In this document: positions 46,151 to 54,039 of the stretch, piece after piece | Layout: every line of letters begins with the position of its first letter | Numbering within the stretch: the first letter of the stretch is position 1 | Assembly (NCBI GenBank): GCA_937900255.1 | Contig: CALCDZ010000003.1 | Coordinates: forward strand, 191,149 to 255,148 | Reading direction: 5' to 3' | Source: an uncultured bacterium | Lineage (GTDB): Bacteria; Patescibacteriota; Patescibacteriia; SG8-24; DYFX01 | DNA length: 64,000 bases | Program-made: the position numbers and the translations under genes | The notes under the pieces: generated by a model | Databases searched by the model: none | What the model was told of the DNA's origin: nothing | Seen by the model: only the letters and a program-made list of their open reading frames with translations

Positions 46151-47995
46151 ATGTACGAGCCTATGCGAAATGCGACCGCGCGCTTCAAGAGCCTCCTGTT
46201 CGCCTTCTCCCTCATCCTAGTAGGGATTCCTGCCGTCCGCGCCCATGCTGCCGTGCCGGGACCGATCGCAGCGTACGGCTTCAACGAAGGGCAGGGGACG
46301 ACCGTCTCCGACGTTTCCGGCAATGGCCTGAGCGGGACGGTCTCGAACGCGACCTGGTCGACCGGAAAGTTCGGCAAGGCTTTGACGTTCAAGGGCTCTT
46401 CTACGAGCCGCGTCACGGTGGCAAGCTCGCCGCTTCTGCAGCTGTCGAACGCGTTCACGCTCTCGGCCTGGGTCAATCCGCAGGCATCCCAGCCTGCGGA
46501 ACCGACCGTCATCGCCAAGGAGATCCCCGGCAATCTTCCGTACGTGATGTACGCGAAGGGGTCCGGCATCGGTCCGAACGCGTATGCGTATGTCAACGGG
46601 AATTATCGACTGGCCGCTTCTCCGTCGGCGATTCCCGCCAGCGCCTGGTCGTATCTCACGGCCGTCTATGACGGCACTCGGCTCTCGGTGTATGTGAACG
46701 GCGTTTTGACGGGCAGCACGGCGGTCAGCGGGAGCTTGGCGTCGGGAGCGGGCGCTCTTCGGATCGGCAACAATGCCGTTTTCGGGAACGAAGGTTTCAA
46801 GGGCCTTATCGACGAGGTGCGCGTCTATGGCCGCGCGCTTTCCGCTGCGGAAATCCAGTCGGATATGCAGACTCCGGTCGCGGCCGCTCCCGCCGACACC
46901 GTCCCGCCCGTCGGCACGGTCGTGATCGACGGCGGAGCCACGAGCACTTCCCAGACCGCGGTCACGCTTTCCCTCGCCGCGACCGATGACGCGAGCGGCG
47001 TCGCGCAGATGCGCTTCTCCAACGACGGCGTCGCCTTCAGCGCGCCGGTCGCCTACGCCGCGACCACCGCCTGGACGCTTTCCTCCGGCGACGGCCTCAA
47101 GACCGTCTACGCCCAGTTCCGCGACGGCGCGGGCAACTGGTCCGCGACCGCCACCGACGACATCCAGCTCGTCACGCCTCCCGTCTCGGGTCCGCAGCTC
47201 GGCGCGCATGTGCTGTATGCGCAGAACGATACGTTCGGCACGAATCCTTCGGTCACGCCGCCGGTCGTCACGCAGGCTTCCGGAAGCACGCTGCTTGCGC
47301 TCAGCATGGGCTGGGTCAGGAACCTCGCCGCGCCGACGGACAGCTATCACAACGCGTGGTCCCAGCTCAGCGGACCGAACATCTACTTCAGTTCGGATTT
47401 CTATACGGCGCTCTGGTCAGCGACTTCCGCGAACGGAGGCCCTGGTCACACGCTCACCTTCGACAAGACCGCGTACCCGGCAGGCGAGATCACCCAAGCG
47501 TTGATCGAAATCAAGAACGGCGGCAGGGTCGATCAGGTCTATAGCCTGGCCCCCGGCTCCAACCAGACGCCCGGAAGCATCACGGTCGATGGTCCTGCCA
47601 CCCTGATCGCCATTTGGGGCGGTGACTCGGGCCAGCTCCAGCACACGGCCGTTCCCGACAACGGCTTCACGGTCATCGATTCTTACCTGAGCTTCGGCGG
47701 CAATTTCGAGACGGGCGTCCAGGCGGCCATCGCCGTCAAGCAGGTGACGGCACCCGGCACCTATACGGTGAAGTGGACGTCGAACCCGGTCCAGAACTGC
47801 GCCTGTTATCTCATCGCCGTCAGGAACGCCGCGGCTGCCCCCGCGACCGTGCACCCGCTGCATGCGGCCGCGTCTGCCGCCCTCGGCGCCCTTCCGGCTA
47901 CGGATGCCGCGCTCGCGGGCGCCTCTAAATCCGGTCGTGCCGACCGCGCTACGGCGTGGCGGCGCGCCAAGAAAACCCTTATCTCGAAACGATGA
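46151..47995 (+). CDS. secreted LamG-like (concanavalin-A-like lectin/glucanase) domain protein with second beta-rich domain
   Basis: A signal peptide precedes a LamG_3-like jelly roll (AYGFNEGQGTTVSDVSGNGLSGTV...FTLSAWV...LSVYVNGV...DEVRVYGRALSAAEI). The C-terminus carries LPATD followed by an Ala-rich stretch and a basic tail. Confidence 0.65.
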   Translation: MYEPMRNATARFKSLLFAFSLILVGIPAVRAHAAVPGPIAAYGFNEGQGTTVSDVSGNGLSGTVSNATWSTGKFGKALTFKGSSTSRVTVASSPLLQLSNAFTLSAWVNPQASQPAEPTVIAKEIPGNLPYVMYAKGSGIGPNAYAYVNGNYRLAASPSAIPASAWSYLTAVYDGTRLSVYVNGVLTGSTAVSGSLASGAGALRIGNNAVFGNEGFKGLIDEVRVYGRALSAAEIQSDMQTPVAAAPADTVPPVGTVVIDGGATSTSQTAVTLSLAATDDASGVAQMRFSNDGVAFSAPVAYAATTAWTLSSGDGLKTVYAQFRDGAGNWSATATDDIQLVTPPVSGPQLGAHVLYAQNDTFGTNPSVTPPVVTQASGSTLLALSMGWVRNLAAPTDSYHNAWSQLSGPNIYFSSDFYTALWSATSANGGPGHTLTFDKTAYPAGEITQALIEIKNGGRVDQVYSLAPGSNQTPGSITVDGPATLIAIWGGDSGQLQHTAVPDNGFTVIDSYLSFGGNFETGVQAAIAVKQVTAPGTYTVKWTSNPVQNCACYLIAVRNAAAAPATVHPLHAAASAALGALPATDAALAGASKSGRADRATAWRRAKKTLISKR

Positions 47996-48309
47996 TCAAG
48001 GTCAACATCTTCTATCCCAATAAGGCAGGCGCGAAGTTCGATTGGGACTATTACCTGAACATGCACATGCCCAGGGCGGTGGAACTCCTGGGATCATCGA
48101 TGCGCGGCGTGTCGGTGGAGCGCGGCATCGGCGGCGCCTTGCCGGGAACGGAAGCGGCGTACGTCGCGATGTGCAACTATGCGTTCGATTCCGTCGAAGC
48201 CTTTCTTGCGGCCTTCATGCCGCATGCCGAAGAGCTCCAGGGAGATATCGCCAAGTTCACGGATATCGAGCCGGTCATCCAGTACAGCGACGTGACGTTT
48301 TCCCGATAA
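47992..48309 (+). CDS. EthD-like / dimeric alpha-beta-barrel small protein
   Basis: The ATG at 47992 overlaps the upstream stop. The sequence MIKVNIFYPNKAGAKFDWDYYLNMHMP resembles the EthD/TIGR02118 family. Confidence 0.5.
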   Translation: MIKVNIFYPNKAGAKFDWDYYLNMHMPRAVELLGSSMRGVSVERGIGGALPGTEAAYVAMCNYAFDSVEAFLAAFMPHAEELQGDIAKFTDIEPVIQYSDVTFSR

Positions 48310-48337
48310 GCGCGCCGCGCCTTGTCGCTTGAGTCTC

Positions 48338-48372
48338 TTGGAAAGGCCCGGTCATCATGACCGGGCCTTTGG
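48338..48372 (+). terminator. rho-independent terminator
   Basis: A 12-bp stem AAGGCCCGGTCA-TCA-TGACCGGGCCTT is followed by TGGTCC. Confidence 0.55.
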
Positions 48373-48392
48373 TCCGGGCGTCCGGGTGGGGG

Positions 48393-48522
48393 TTGACATA
48401 TTTCGTCATCCGTGGTACGGTCACGTCGGACCTGGAAGGGTCCGACTCTGTGTCCGGTGGGCAAGAAGCCTGCCGCGTACTATCCTCCGTCTACGTTCTG
48501 TAGACGGAGGTTTCTGCTTTTA
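48393..48522 (+). ncRNA. candidate small RNA or terminator-containing 5' leader (promoter + about 95-nt transcript ending in an intrinsic terminator)
   Basis: TTGACA (48393-48398), a 17-nt spacer and TACGGT (48416-48421) form a promoter-like element. Downstream lie hairpin CGGACC-TGGAAG-GGTCCG and an 11-bp stem CCTCCGTCTAC-GTTCT-GTAGACGGAGG followed by TTTCTGCTTTT. This lies 66 nt upstream of the 48588 gene. Confidence 0.3.
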
Positions 48523-48587
48523 GTGCGCTGTGCCTTACCCCGTATTCTTATTTGCTGCGGGATGTTCAGGGAGTATAGACTGAAAGC

Positions 48588-49859
48588 ATGAAACGGTTTT
48601 TCGCTCCGACGCTCTACTTCCTTTCCGGGGCGTTCGTCCTGGCATCGGCACTGACCATCCTGACGGCTCTTGAAGGACGGTTCGGCCTGCACGGCATCTT
48701 TTTCATGGGGGATGTCGAGATATTCCTCATCCTGCCGCCGGTCGCACTGACGGCGTTCTTTCTCGTGAATCTGGCGATGTCCCGTTGGACATCCTGGACG
48801 GCGCGAGGCCTGCACGATCACTGGATGGCCTGTGCCGGATACTACGGGACCCTTCTTGTTTGCGTCGTCTTTTTCATCCTGGATTTCGCGGACAGGAACG
48901 CCCTGCAATATGGCGAGCTCATGCTCGTCGCCTGGATCTGCGCGCTGGCGATTTTCACGAACGCCCTTTACGTGCGTTACGTGGGAAAAAAGGCGAGACA
49001 GGAACGCGGAACGGACCCTGTCGGAAAGACGCGTCGATACCCTGCGCTGACGGCCATCTTCTTTTGCGCCGTGCTCGCCGTCATCGTGATGATCGTCGCT
49101 CACCATCCCCGGTCGTCCATGACGAGAGTCGCGACGCCGAATCGTCCGGTTCGTGGTCTTGTCGCTGGGACCGCGATCGATACGGATACGTATCGTGAGC
49201 ATGCGTTCGGACTGAAGGGGGATTGGGATGACAGCCGTCACGCCCAGGAACGGCTGCGCTCCGAGGGCGGAATGCTCGTTCAGGATGCCTCCGCTACCGA
49301 GGATGGACGGCCGATGCGCCGCGTCCCGTTGAAGCCGGAGGAATCGGAAAAGGGGTTCGTGGAGGCTTGGATCGAGGACGGCCATCGATATACGCTCCGG
49401 GGAAGCGCCTTGAACCCGATTCTCGGAAGCACGTTCTCCCTTTTCAAGGATGAGATCCTTCTGCTGAAGACGGCCATGGAATATGGAGCCGAAGGCCTGG
49501 TCCTGGATGCGCGGATGGTCGGAGGAAAACCCGCGTTTACGTACCAGGTCCGCCGGATGTCGGGCATCGGCACCGACATCTTTTACGACGGCATCCGTTT
49601 CACGAAGACGTACGGAGTTTCCGATCCGCGCTATCTTTTCTCGTATGCGGGCAAGCTGGGCTTCATCGCCAAGGACGTCAGCGGGGACCGCGTATTCTTC
49701 GATGGCGCATTCATCACCCCTCTTTTCAGCGAGATCCATACCCGCAACTGCTGCGCGATCCAGGAAGTCCTGCCGACCGTTTACGACGACGGTATTTTGC
49801 TCTTTTTCGCCCGTCGGGATGAGAGGCGATATCTCGTGGAAGCGAAGCTGAAGGCATGA
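48588..49859 (+). CDS. hypothetical membrane protein (N-terminal 5-TM region plus about 250-aa C-terminal soluble domain)
   Basis: The 423-aa ORF has host-like codon usage. No family was recognised. Confidence 0.55.
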   Translation: MKRFFAPTLYFLSGAFVLASALTILTALEGRFGLHGIFFMGDVEIFLILPPVALTAFFLVNLAMSRWTSWTARGLHDHWMACAGYYGTLLVCVVFFILDFADRNALQYGELMLVAWICALAIFTNALYVRYVGKKARQERGTDPVGKTRRYPALTAIFFCAVLAVIVMIVAHHPRSSMTRVATPNRPVRGLVAGTAIDTDTYREHAFGLKGDWDDSRHAQERLRSEGGMLVQDASATEDGRPMRRVPLKPEESEKGFVEAWIEDGHRYTLRGSALNPILGSTFSLFKDEILLLKTAMEYGAEGLVLDARMVGGKPAFTYQVRRMSGIGTDIFYDGIRFTKTYGVSDPRYLFSYAGKLGFIAKDVSGDRVFFDGAFITPLFSEIHTRNCCAIQEVLPTVYDDGILLFFARRDERRYLVEAKLKA

Positions 49860-50120
49860 TCAAGAAAATCCTTCTCTCGCTCGTGTACGCGGTCCTGCTG
49901 CTGGACGTCGTGATGGCGGCATCCGTCATCTATATGACGCATCTTCCGGGAAGGCGGTCGCCGGCCGCTCCGCTGCCCTCGCATCTGCAAGTTCAAGACC
50001 GCCCAGTCGCACCGGTTGTCGCACCACATCGCGACCCAGCACGGCGGAAAGTTGCCCGGGCAGAAGGTCCGGGAGTTCCGCGGCGACCGCGCCAAGCCCC
50101 GCAAGAGCAAGAAGGGGTAG
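49856..50120 (+). pseudogene. small gene with apparent +1 frame switch: N-terminal TM peptide (frame A) followed by C2H2-type zinc-finger-like basic tail (frame B)
   Basis: Frame A (MIKKILLSLVYAVLLLDVVMAASVIY...) is well coded, but its codon quality collapses after about 49980. The +1 frame (49971-50120) is well coded: RCPRICKFKTAQSHRLSHHIATQHGGKLPGQKVREFRGDRAKPRKSKKG (C-x3-C-x12-H-x4-H). That frame has no start codon. Confidence 0.3.
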
Positions 50121-50269
50121 CAGGGGGATCCGCACTCGTCCCCCGAGTCAGCCATCACGCGTTCGCGCGGCAATGAGCGAGCTTCGCTCCATGCCGGACG
50201 GGCGCGATTTTTATATTAACGTACGGATAAGAAGAAGGCCTGTGGTCATGGAACGATTCATTCCGGGCG

Positions 50270-50303
50270 TGCTCCCGCTGCTGGATTCGAACCACCTCGG
50301 ACG
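50270..50303 (-). other. tRNA 3'-end-like fragment (T-arm + acceptor strand, no 5' half)
   Basis: The minus strand reads GGTGG-TTCGAAT-CCAGC-AGCGGGA-G-CA, with a canonical T-loop. The upstream 60 nt contain no complementary acceptor strand or anticodon arm. Confidence 0.35.
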
Positions 50304-50453
50304 CTCAGGAGCCTCTTTTGCCCAGTCCATGTCATGAAATATTGACAAAATCGCCCTTTTATGATTTCATTCGCATATCGCACCTTTGAGGCGAGGCCCA
50401 GGTCCTGCCATCCTGGCAGGGAAGAGGAAGCGCCCACAATCGAGGAGAATGTC

Positions 50454-51047
50454 ATGTCGAAGAACAAGGAAATCGGCCAGTTCATCAGCGTGTCGGGCGT
50501 CGCCACCGACATCGCGCACAAGCTGGCCCAGGCCGTGGCCGAGCGCGGCGGCGATCTCGATGACCTGCGCCGGATCATCTCCGACGCCTCGCTCTGCGGG
50601 GAGCTGGCCGACCGTCTCGTCCGCCGTGATGGCATCAGCCTCTCCGCGATGATCGCCGCGTGCCGGTTCCGGTACGTCCACCCGAACATCACCGAGGCGA
50701 ACCTCCCGATCACCGGCCCGGTCGCGGACGTGGCGGACATGCTCACCCTCACCCAGAAGGATCTGGGCGGCCGGGGCATGACCACCGCCGAGATCGAGGC
50801 GGTCATCGACCAGAAGGGCTACCGTCTCGCCACCCTCGCCGAGCTGCTGGCCTACGGCAAGGCGAAGTGGAACGGCATGGACCGGGGGGTCGCGGCTCTC
50901 GGTTCCTCCTGGGTGGACCCCGGCGGCGACCGCTGCGTTCCGTGCCTCTACAGTAACCGCGATGGTCGCGGGCTGACCCTGCGCTGGGGCGGCCCCGAGT
51001 ACTGCTGTTTCGAGGAGCACTACCTGTTCCTCGTCGTTCGCAAGTAG
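50454..51047 (+). CDS. hypothetical protein (197 aa), very high GC3
   Basis: GAGGAG lies 6 nt before the ATG at 50454. GC3 is above 90%, with a CTG/GAG/GCC-biased usage. No family was recognised. Confidence 0.55.
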   Translation: MSKNKEIGQFISVSGVATDIAHKLAQAVAERGGDLDDLRRIISDASLCGELADRLVRRDGISLSAMIAACRFRYVHPNITEANLPITGPVADVADMLTLTQKDLGGRGMTTAEIEAVIDQKGYRLATLAELLAYGKAKWNGMDRGVAALGSSWVDPGGDRCVPCLYSNRDGRGLTLRWGGPEYCCFEEHYLFLVVRK

Positions 51048-51100
51048 CCCTTGGGCTCTTGCACCCTGTGTCCTTGGCATTGCCCTCGGACCCTTTGTCC

Positions 51101-51132
51101 CCGCGCGAACCATGTTCGCGCGGTCTGTTTTT
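51101..51132 (+). terminator. rho-independent terminator
   Basis: The stem CGCGCGAAC-CAT-GTTCGCGCG is followed by GTCTGTTTTTTT. Confidence 0.55.
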
Positions 51133-51196
51133 TTGAGTGACCGCCCGCTTCAAATATCGTGTTGCGCTTAGGCTCTTGAATTTCCTTGAAAATAAG

Positions 51197-51222
51197 AAGA
51201 CCCGGCAAATGGCCGGGTCTTC
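51197..51222 (-). terminator. rho-independent terminator downstream of tRNA-Gln (minus strand)
   Basis: The stem AAGACCCGGC-AAAT-GCCGGGTCTT precedes an A/T-rich tract (a T-run on the minus strand). Confidence 0.5.
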
Positions 51223-51264
51223 CTCGGTGCCACCCCTCCCGGTCTCTCGAAAGGGCGCTTGGCA

Positions 51265-51338
51265 TGGCTCGGGGGCTTGGGCTCGAACCAAGATTCACGG
51301 CTTCAAAGGCCGCTGTCCTACCATTGGACGACCCCCGA
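51265..51338 (-). tRNA. tRNA-Gln (anticodon UUG)
   Basis: The reverse complement folds as a 74-nt cloverleaf (TCGGGGG/CCCCCGA acceptor, GTCC/GGAC D-stem, anticodon loop CTTTGAA, T-arm CTTGG-TTCGAGC-CCAAG) with an encoded CCA. Confidence 0.85.
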
Positions 51339-51387
51339 ACGCATGGAAAGGATAGCCGGAAACCGGATTTCGGTCAAAAGTGGTATC

Positions 51388-52533
51388 ATGACGTGCATGC
51401 AGGGCATGAGTATCTTTTTGAAGGCGCGTAACGGGATCATCGGCTTCCTCTATAAGCGCGTCCTGAAACGCGCGCTTTTCAGGCTCGATCCGGAGCGGGT
51501 CCATGACAGCGCCGTGATGGTCGGGAGCTTCCTGGGGAGACGTGCCCTCTTTCGTGTCTTGACGCGTGTCTTGTTCGGCTACTCCCATCCTTCGCTCGCG
51601 CAGACGGTCGCCGGCATCCGGTTCGAGAATCCGGTCGGGCTGGCGGCGGGTTTCGACAAGAACGCGCAGCTGACGTCGATCCTGCCCGCTGTCGGGTTCG
51701 GATACGAGGAAATAGGTTCGGTGACCGGTGAACCGTGCGCGGGGAACAGGGGGAGGCATCTTTGGCGCCTGCCGAAGTCCCAAGGGCTCGTCGTCTACTA
51801 CGGTCTCAAGAACGACGGCTGCGAGGCGATCTCCCAACGGATGGAGAAGCGCGATCTCCGTTTCCCGGTCGGCATCAGCATCGCCAAGACCAACGACGCG
51901 AAAACGGTCGAAGAGGCAGCGGGCATCCGCGATTACGTCAAGGCGTACCTGGCTTTCAGGAACAAGGGAATCGGGGATTATTTCACCGTCAACATCAGCT
52001 GTCCGAACGCCTTCGGTGGCGAACCGTTCACCGACCCGGACAAGCTCGAACGCCTGCTCTCGGCCATTCGGCGCGAGGATCCCGCGCCGGGCAAACCGAT
52101 CTTCCTCAAGCTGCCGGCCGAGCTTCCCTCGGCGACGATCGACCGTATCGTCGAGGTCTCGCGGAGACATGCCGTGACCGGTTTCGTCTGTACGAACCTC
52201 GCAAAAGACCGATCGAATCCGGCTATCAAGGAAGCGGATGTTCCGGATGTCGGCGGCATCAGCGGCAAGGTCGTGCAAGGCTTGTCCGACGACCTGATCT
52301 CCTACCTTTTCAGGAAGCATGGCCGCGAGTTCGTGCTCGTCGGCTGCGGCGGCATCTTCACGGCCGAGGACGCCTACGCCAAGATCAAGAAAGGCGCGAT
52401 GCTCCTGCAGCTGATCACCGGCATGATCTATGAAGGGCCGCAGGCGATTTCAAGCATCAATGCCGGGTTGGTCGAGCTGCTCAAGAAGGATGGTTATGCT
52501 TATCTTTCACAGGCGATCGGGACGGAGGCGTGA
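51388..52533 (+). CDS. pyrD: dihydroorotate dehydrogenase (quinone), class 2
   Basis: The motifs LDPERVHD, NPVGLAAGFDKN and GFVCTNLA...GGISG are present. The ORF begins inside the tRNA-Gln, and the start is taken as the first ATG after it (51388). Alternatives are 51397 and 51406. Confidence 0.85.
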   Translation: MTCMQGMSIFLKARNGIIGFLYKRVLKRALFRLDPERVHDSAVMVGSFLGRRALFRVLTRVLFGYSHPSLAQTVAGIRFENPVGLAAGFDKNAQLTSILPAVGFGYEEIGSVTGEPCAGNRGRHLWRLPKSQGLVVYYGLKNDGCEAISQRMEKRDLRFPVGISIAKTNDAKTVEEAAGIRDYVKAYLAFRNKGIGDYFTVNISCPNAFGGEPFTDPDKLERLLSAIRREDPAPGKPIFLKLPAELPSATIDRIVEVSRRHAVTGFVCTNLAKDRSNPAIKEADVPDVGGISGKVVQGLSDDLISYLFRKHGREFVLVGCGGIFTAEDAYAKIKKGAMLLQLITGMIYEGPQAISSINAGLVELLKKDGYAYLSQAIGTEA

Positions 52534-52592
52534 TCGGTCTTGAGGCGTTCACGGCATTGATATTTCAGGGTTTTTATGCTATCTTTCCACGT

Positions 52593-52615
52593 CCGAGAAG
52601 CGTCATCCTTCTCGG
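52593..52615 (+). terminator. weak candidate terminator after pyrD
   Basis: The stem CCGAGAAG-CGTCATC-CTTCTCGG is followed by a moderately T-rich tract. Confidence 0.35.
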
Positions 52616-52702
52616 CATTTACGCTCGTTTCCATCAAGATGACGCCGTGACTGGCGGTTCCAGTCCTACCTCACCATGCACAAGGCATGATCGGAGGATT
52701 CC

Positions 52703-53920
52703 TTGTCCTACAGCATTTTCACCCGTTCCCACGACGTGTTCCTCAGCGAGATCGCTGCTCTCACGGCCATGGCCGAGCGCGGCGAGCTGACCAAGGAGGG
52801 GCTCTCTGCGGCGGTCGACCGATATTACGACGACGGCGATTACATCGACCGCTCGATCGGCACAATCTGGATCACCGATCACCCGGAGCTGTTCGCCCGG
52901 GTGGTGCCGGAGGGGGAGCGCCTGACGTTCCTGAGGGCGCACCTGGACCGCGCGCACTGCGCGGAACTCCTCATCTGCTACCCGAAGGTGCTCGAGACGC
53001 TCCCGCTGCCCCAGCGCTCCACGTACGTCTTCGAGGCGTACGGCCGGTGCGGCGCGCGCAACGGCAGCTGGGTCGCGGCGGCGCTGGAGGCCGAGGTCCC
53101 CAAAGGGGAACTGGTGCTCGCCCTGATGTACCGACTGGAGACGGCGGCGCCTTCTAAGGGCCGGAGTTCGTATAGCGCCTTCCGCGACTTCCTGCACTGC
53201 GGGAATGACTCGTTGAGCGGACAGTCCCTCTGGGGTATTTGCACCACGGAGGAATTCCACTCGCTGGTCATGATCTGTGCGGTGAAGGATCCGGTCAGCG
53301 TCTTCGAGTTCTGGCAGAAGCTTCGGGGGAAGCTGTCGGCCGAGACGGTCAGTGCCATCCTCGCCGTCGCCGCTCCGTGCCTAGAGCACTGTCCCGATGC
53401 GGTCGATGGGGTGATGCAGCTGCCGCCGAAGGCCCGAGAGGACTTCCTGCGTCGGCTGACGCCGGACCGGTACCAGGACAGCTACATGCGGCTCCTCGTG
53501 CAGGTCGTGGTCGCGGCCGACGACTCCAAGGCGCTGTTCACGGAACTGCGCCAGCTGGGGAGGTTCAACGGCATGGATCCGGTCGATGCCTTCCTGAAGG
53601 CGGCCGCGATCGGAGAGCTCCGTCAGGACCTGCCGGCCGCACGGATGGTCCTCGGCTTCTTCCGGGAACGGTTGGAGGCCGCGGGCTACCGCGTGGCCAA
53701 GCTCAAGCGCCAGCAGTACTACGATCGGAAATCGGGGCAAAACAAGTGGCAGTTGTGCGTCGATGTCGGGCAGCTGCGCTACGTGATGGGACGTGATAGT
53801 CACAGATACTTCCTCAGCGAGGGTGAAGAGGTTCTCTTCCGCCTGCGGGGCGGGGTGCGCCTGACGCCCCAGGTCATCGCGGCGCACTTCATTCCGACCG
53901 CCCCGAACCGGCGTCGCTGA
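52703..53920 (+). CDS. hypothetical protein (405 aa), TTG start, high GC3
   Basis: The ORF has a TTG start at 52703 with GGAGGA 4 nt upstream. Codon usage is CTG/GAG/CAG-rich. No family was recognised. Confidence 0.55.
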   Translation: MSYSIFTRSHDVFLSEIAALTAMAERGELTKEGLSAAVDRYYDDGDYIDRSIGTIWITDHPELFARVVPEGERLTFLRAHLDRAHCAELLICYPKVLETLPLPQRSTYVFEAYGRCGARNGSWVAAALEAEVPKGELVLALMYRLETAAPSKGRSSYSAFRDFLHCGNDSLSGQSLWGICTTEEFHSLVMICAVKDPVSVFEFWQKLRGKLSAETVSAILAVAAPCLEHCPDAVDGVMQLPPKAREDFLRRLTPDRYQDSYMRLLVQVVVAADDSKALFTELRQLGRFNGMDPVDAFLKAAAIGELRQDLPAARMVLGFFRERLEAAGYRVAKLKRQQYYDRKSGQNKWQLCVDVGQLRYVMGRDSHRYFLSEGEEVLFRLRGGVRLTPQVIAAHFIPTAPNRRR

Positions 53921-54039
53921 CTGAAGTCCCGGTACGGGTCCGATGCGCCGACGAGGCACTTCTCGCTCGGCGCTCTTTTGATTCTGGCGTTGGTCCATCA
54001 CTTGACGACCATCGCTTTTTTCCGTAAACTGCCTGCGAT

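Noticed and set aside
46986-47504. Alternative-frame ORFs inside the LamG gene (for example 46986..47504, Ser/Arg/Pro-rich)
   Set aside because: They are low-complexity, and the main frame has a coherent domain structure and signal peptide.
46151-47995. Canonical LPXTG cell-wall sorting signal in the LamG protein
   Set aside because: LPATD is present near the C-terminus, but it is not followed by a hydrophobic TM segment of about 20 aa. It is only flagged as a non-canonical possibility.
50225-50345. Full-length tRNA gene at the GGTTCGAATCC site
   Set aside because: No complementary 5' acceptor strand, D-arm or anticodon arm can be folded from the 76-90 nt upstream. Only the T-arm and 3' acceptor half are present.
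50258-51113. Minus-strand ORFs 50258..50806 and 50367..51113 over the tRNA-fragment region
   Set aside because: They overlap the SD-preceded + strand gene at 50454 and the tRNA-like fragment, and their translations are low-complexity.
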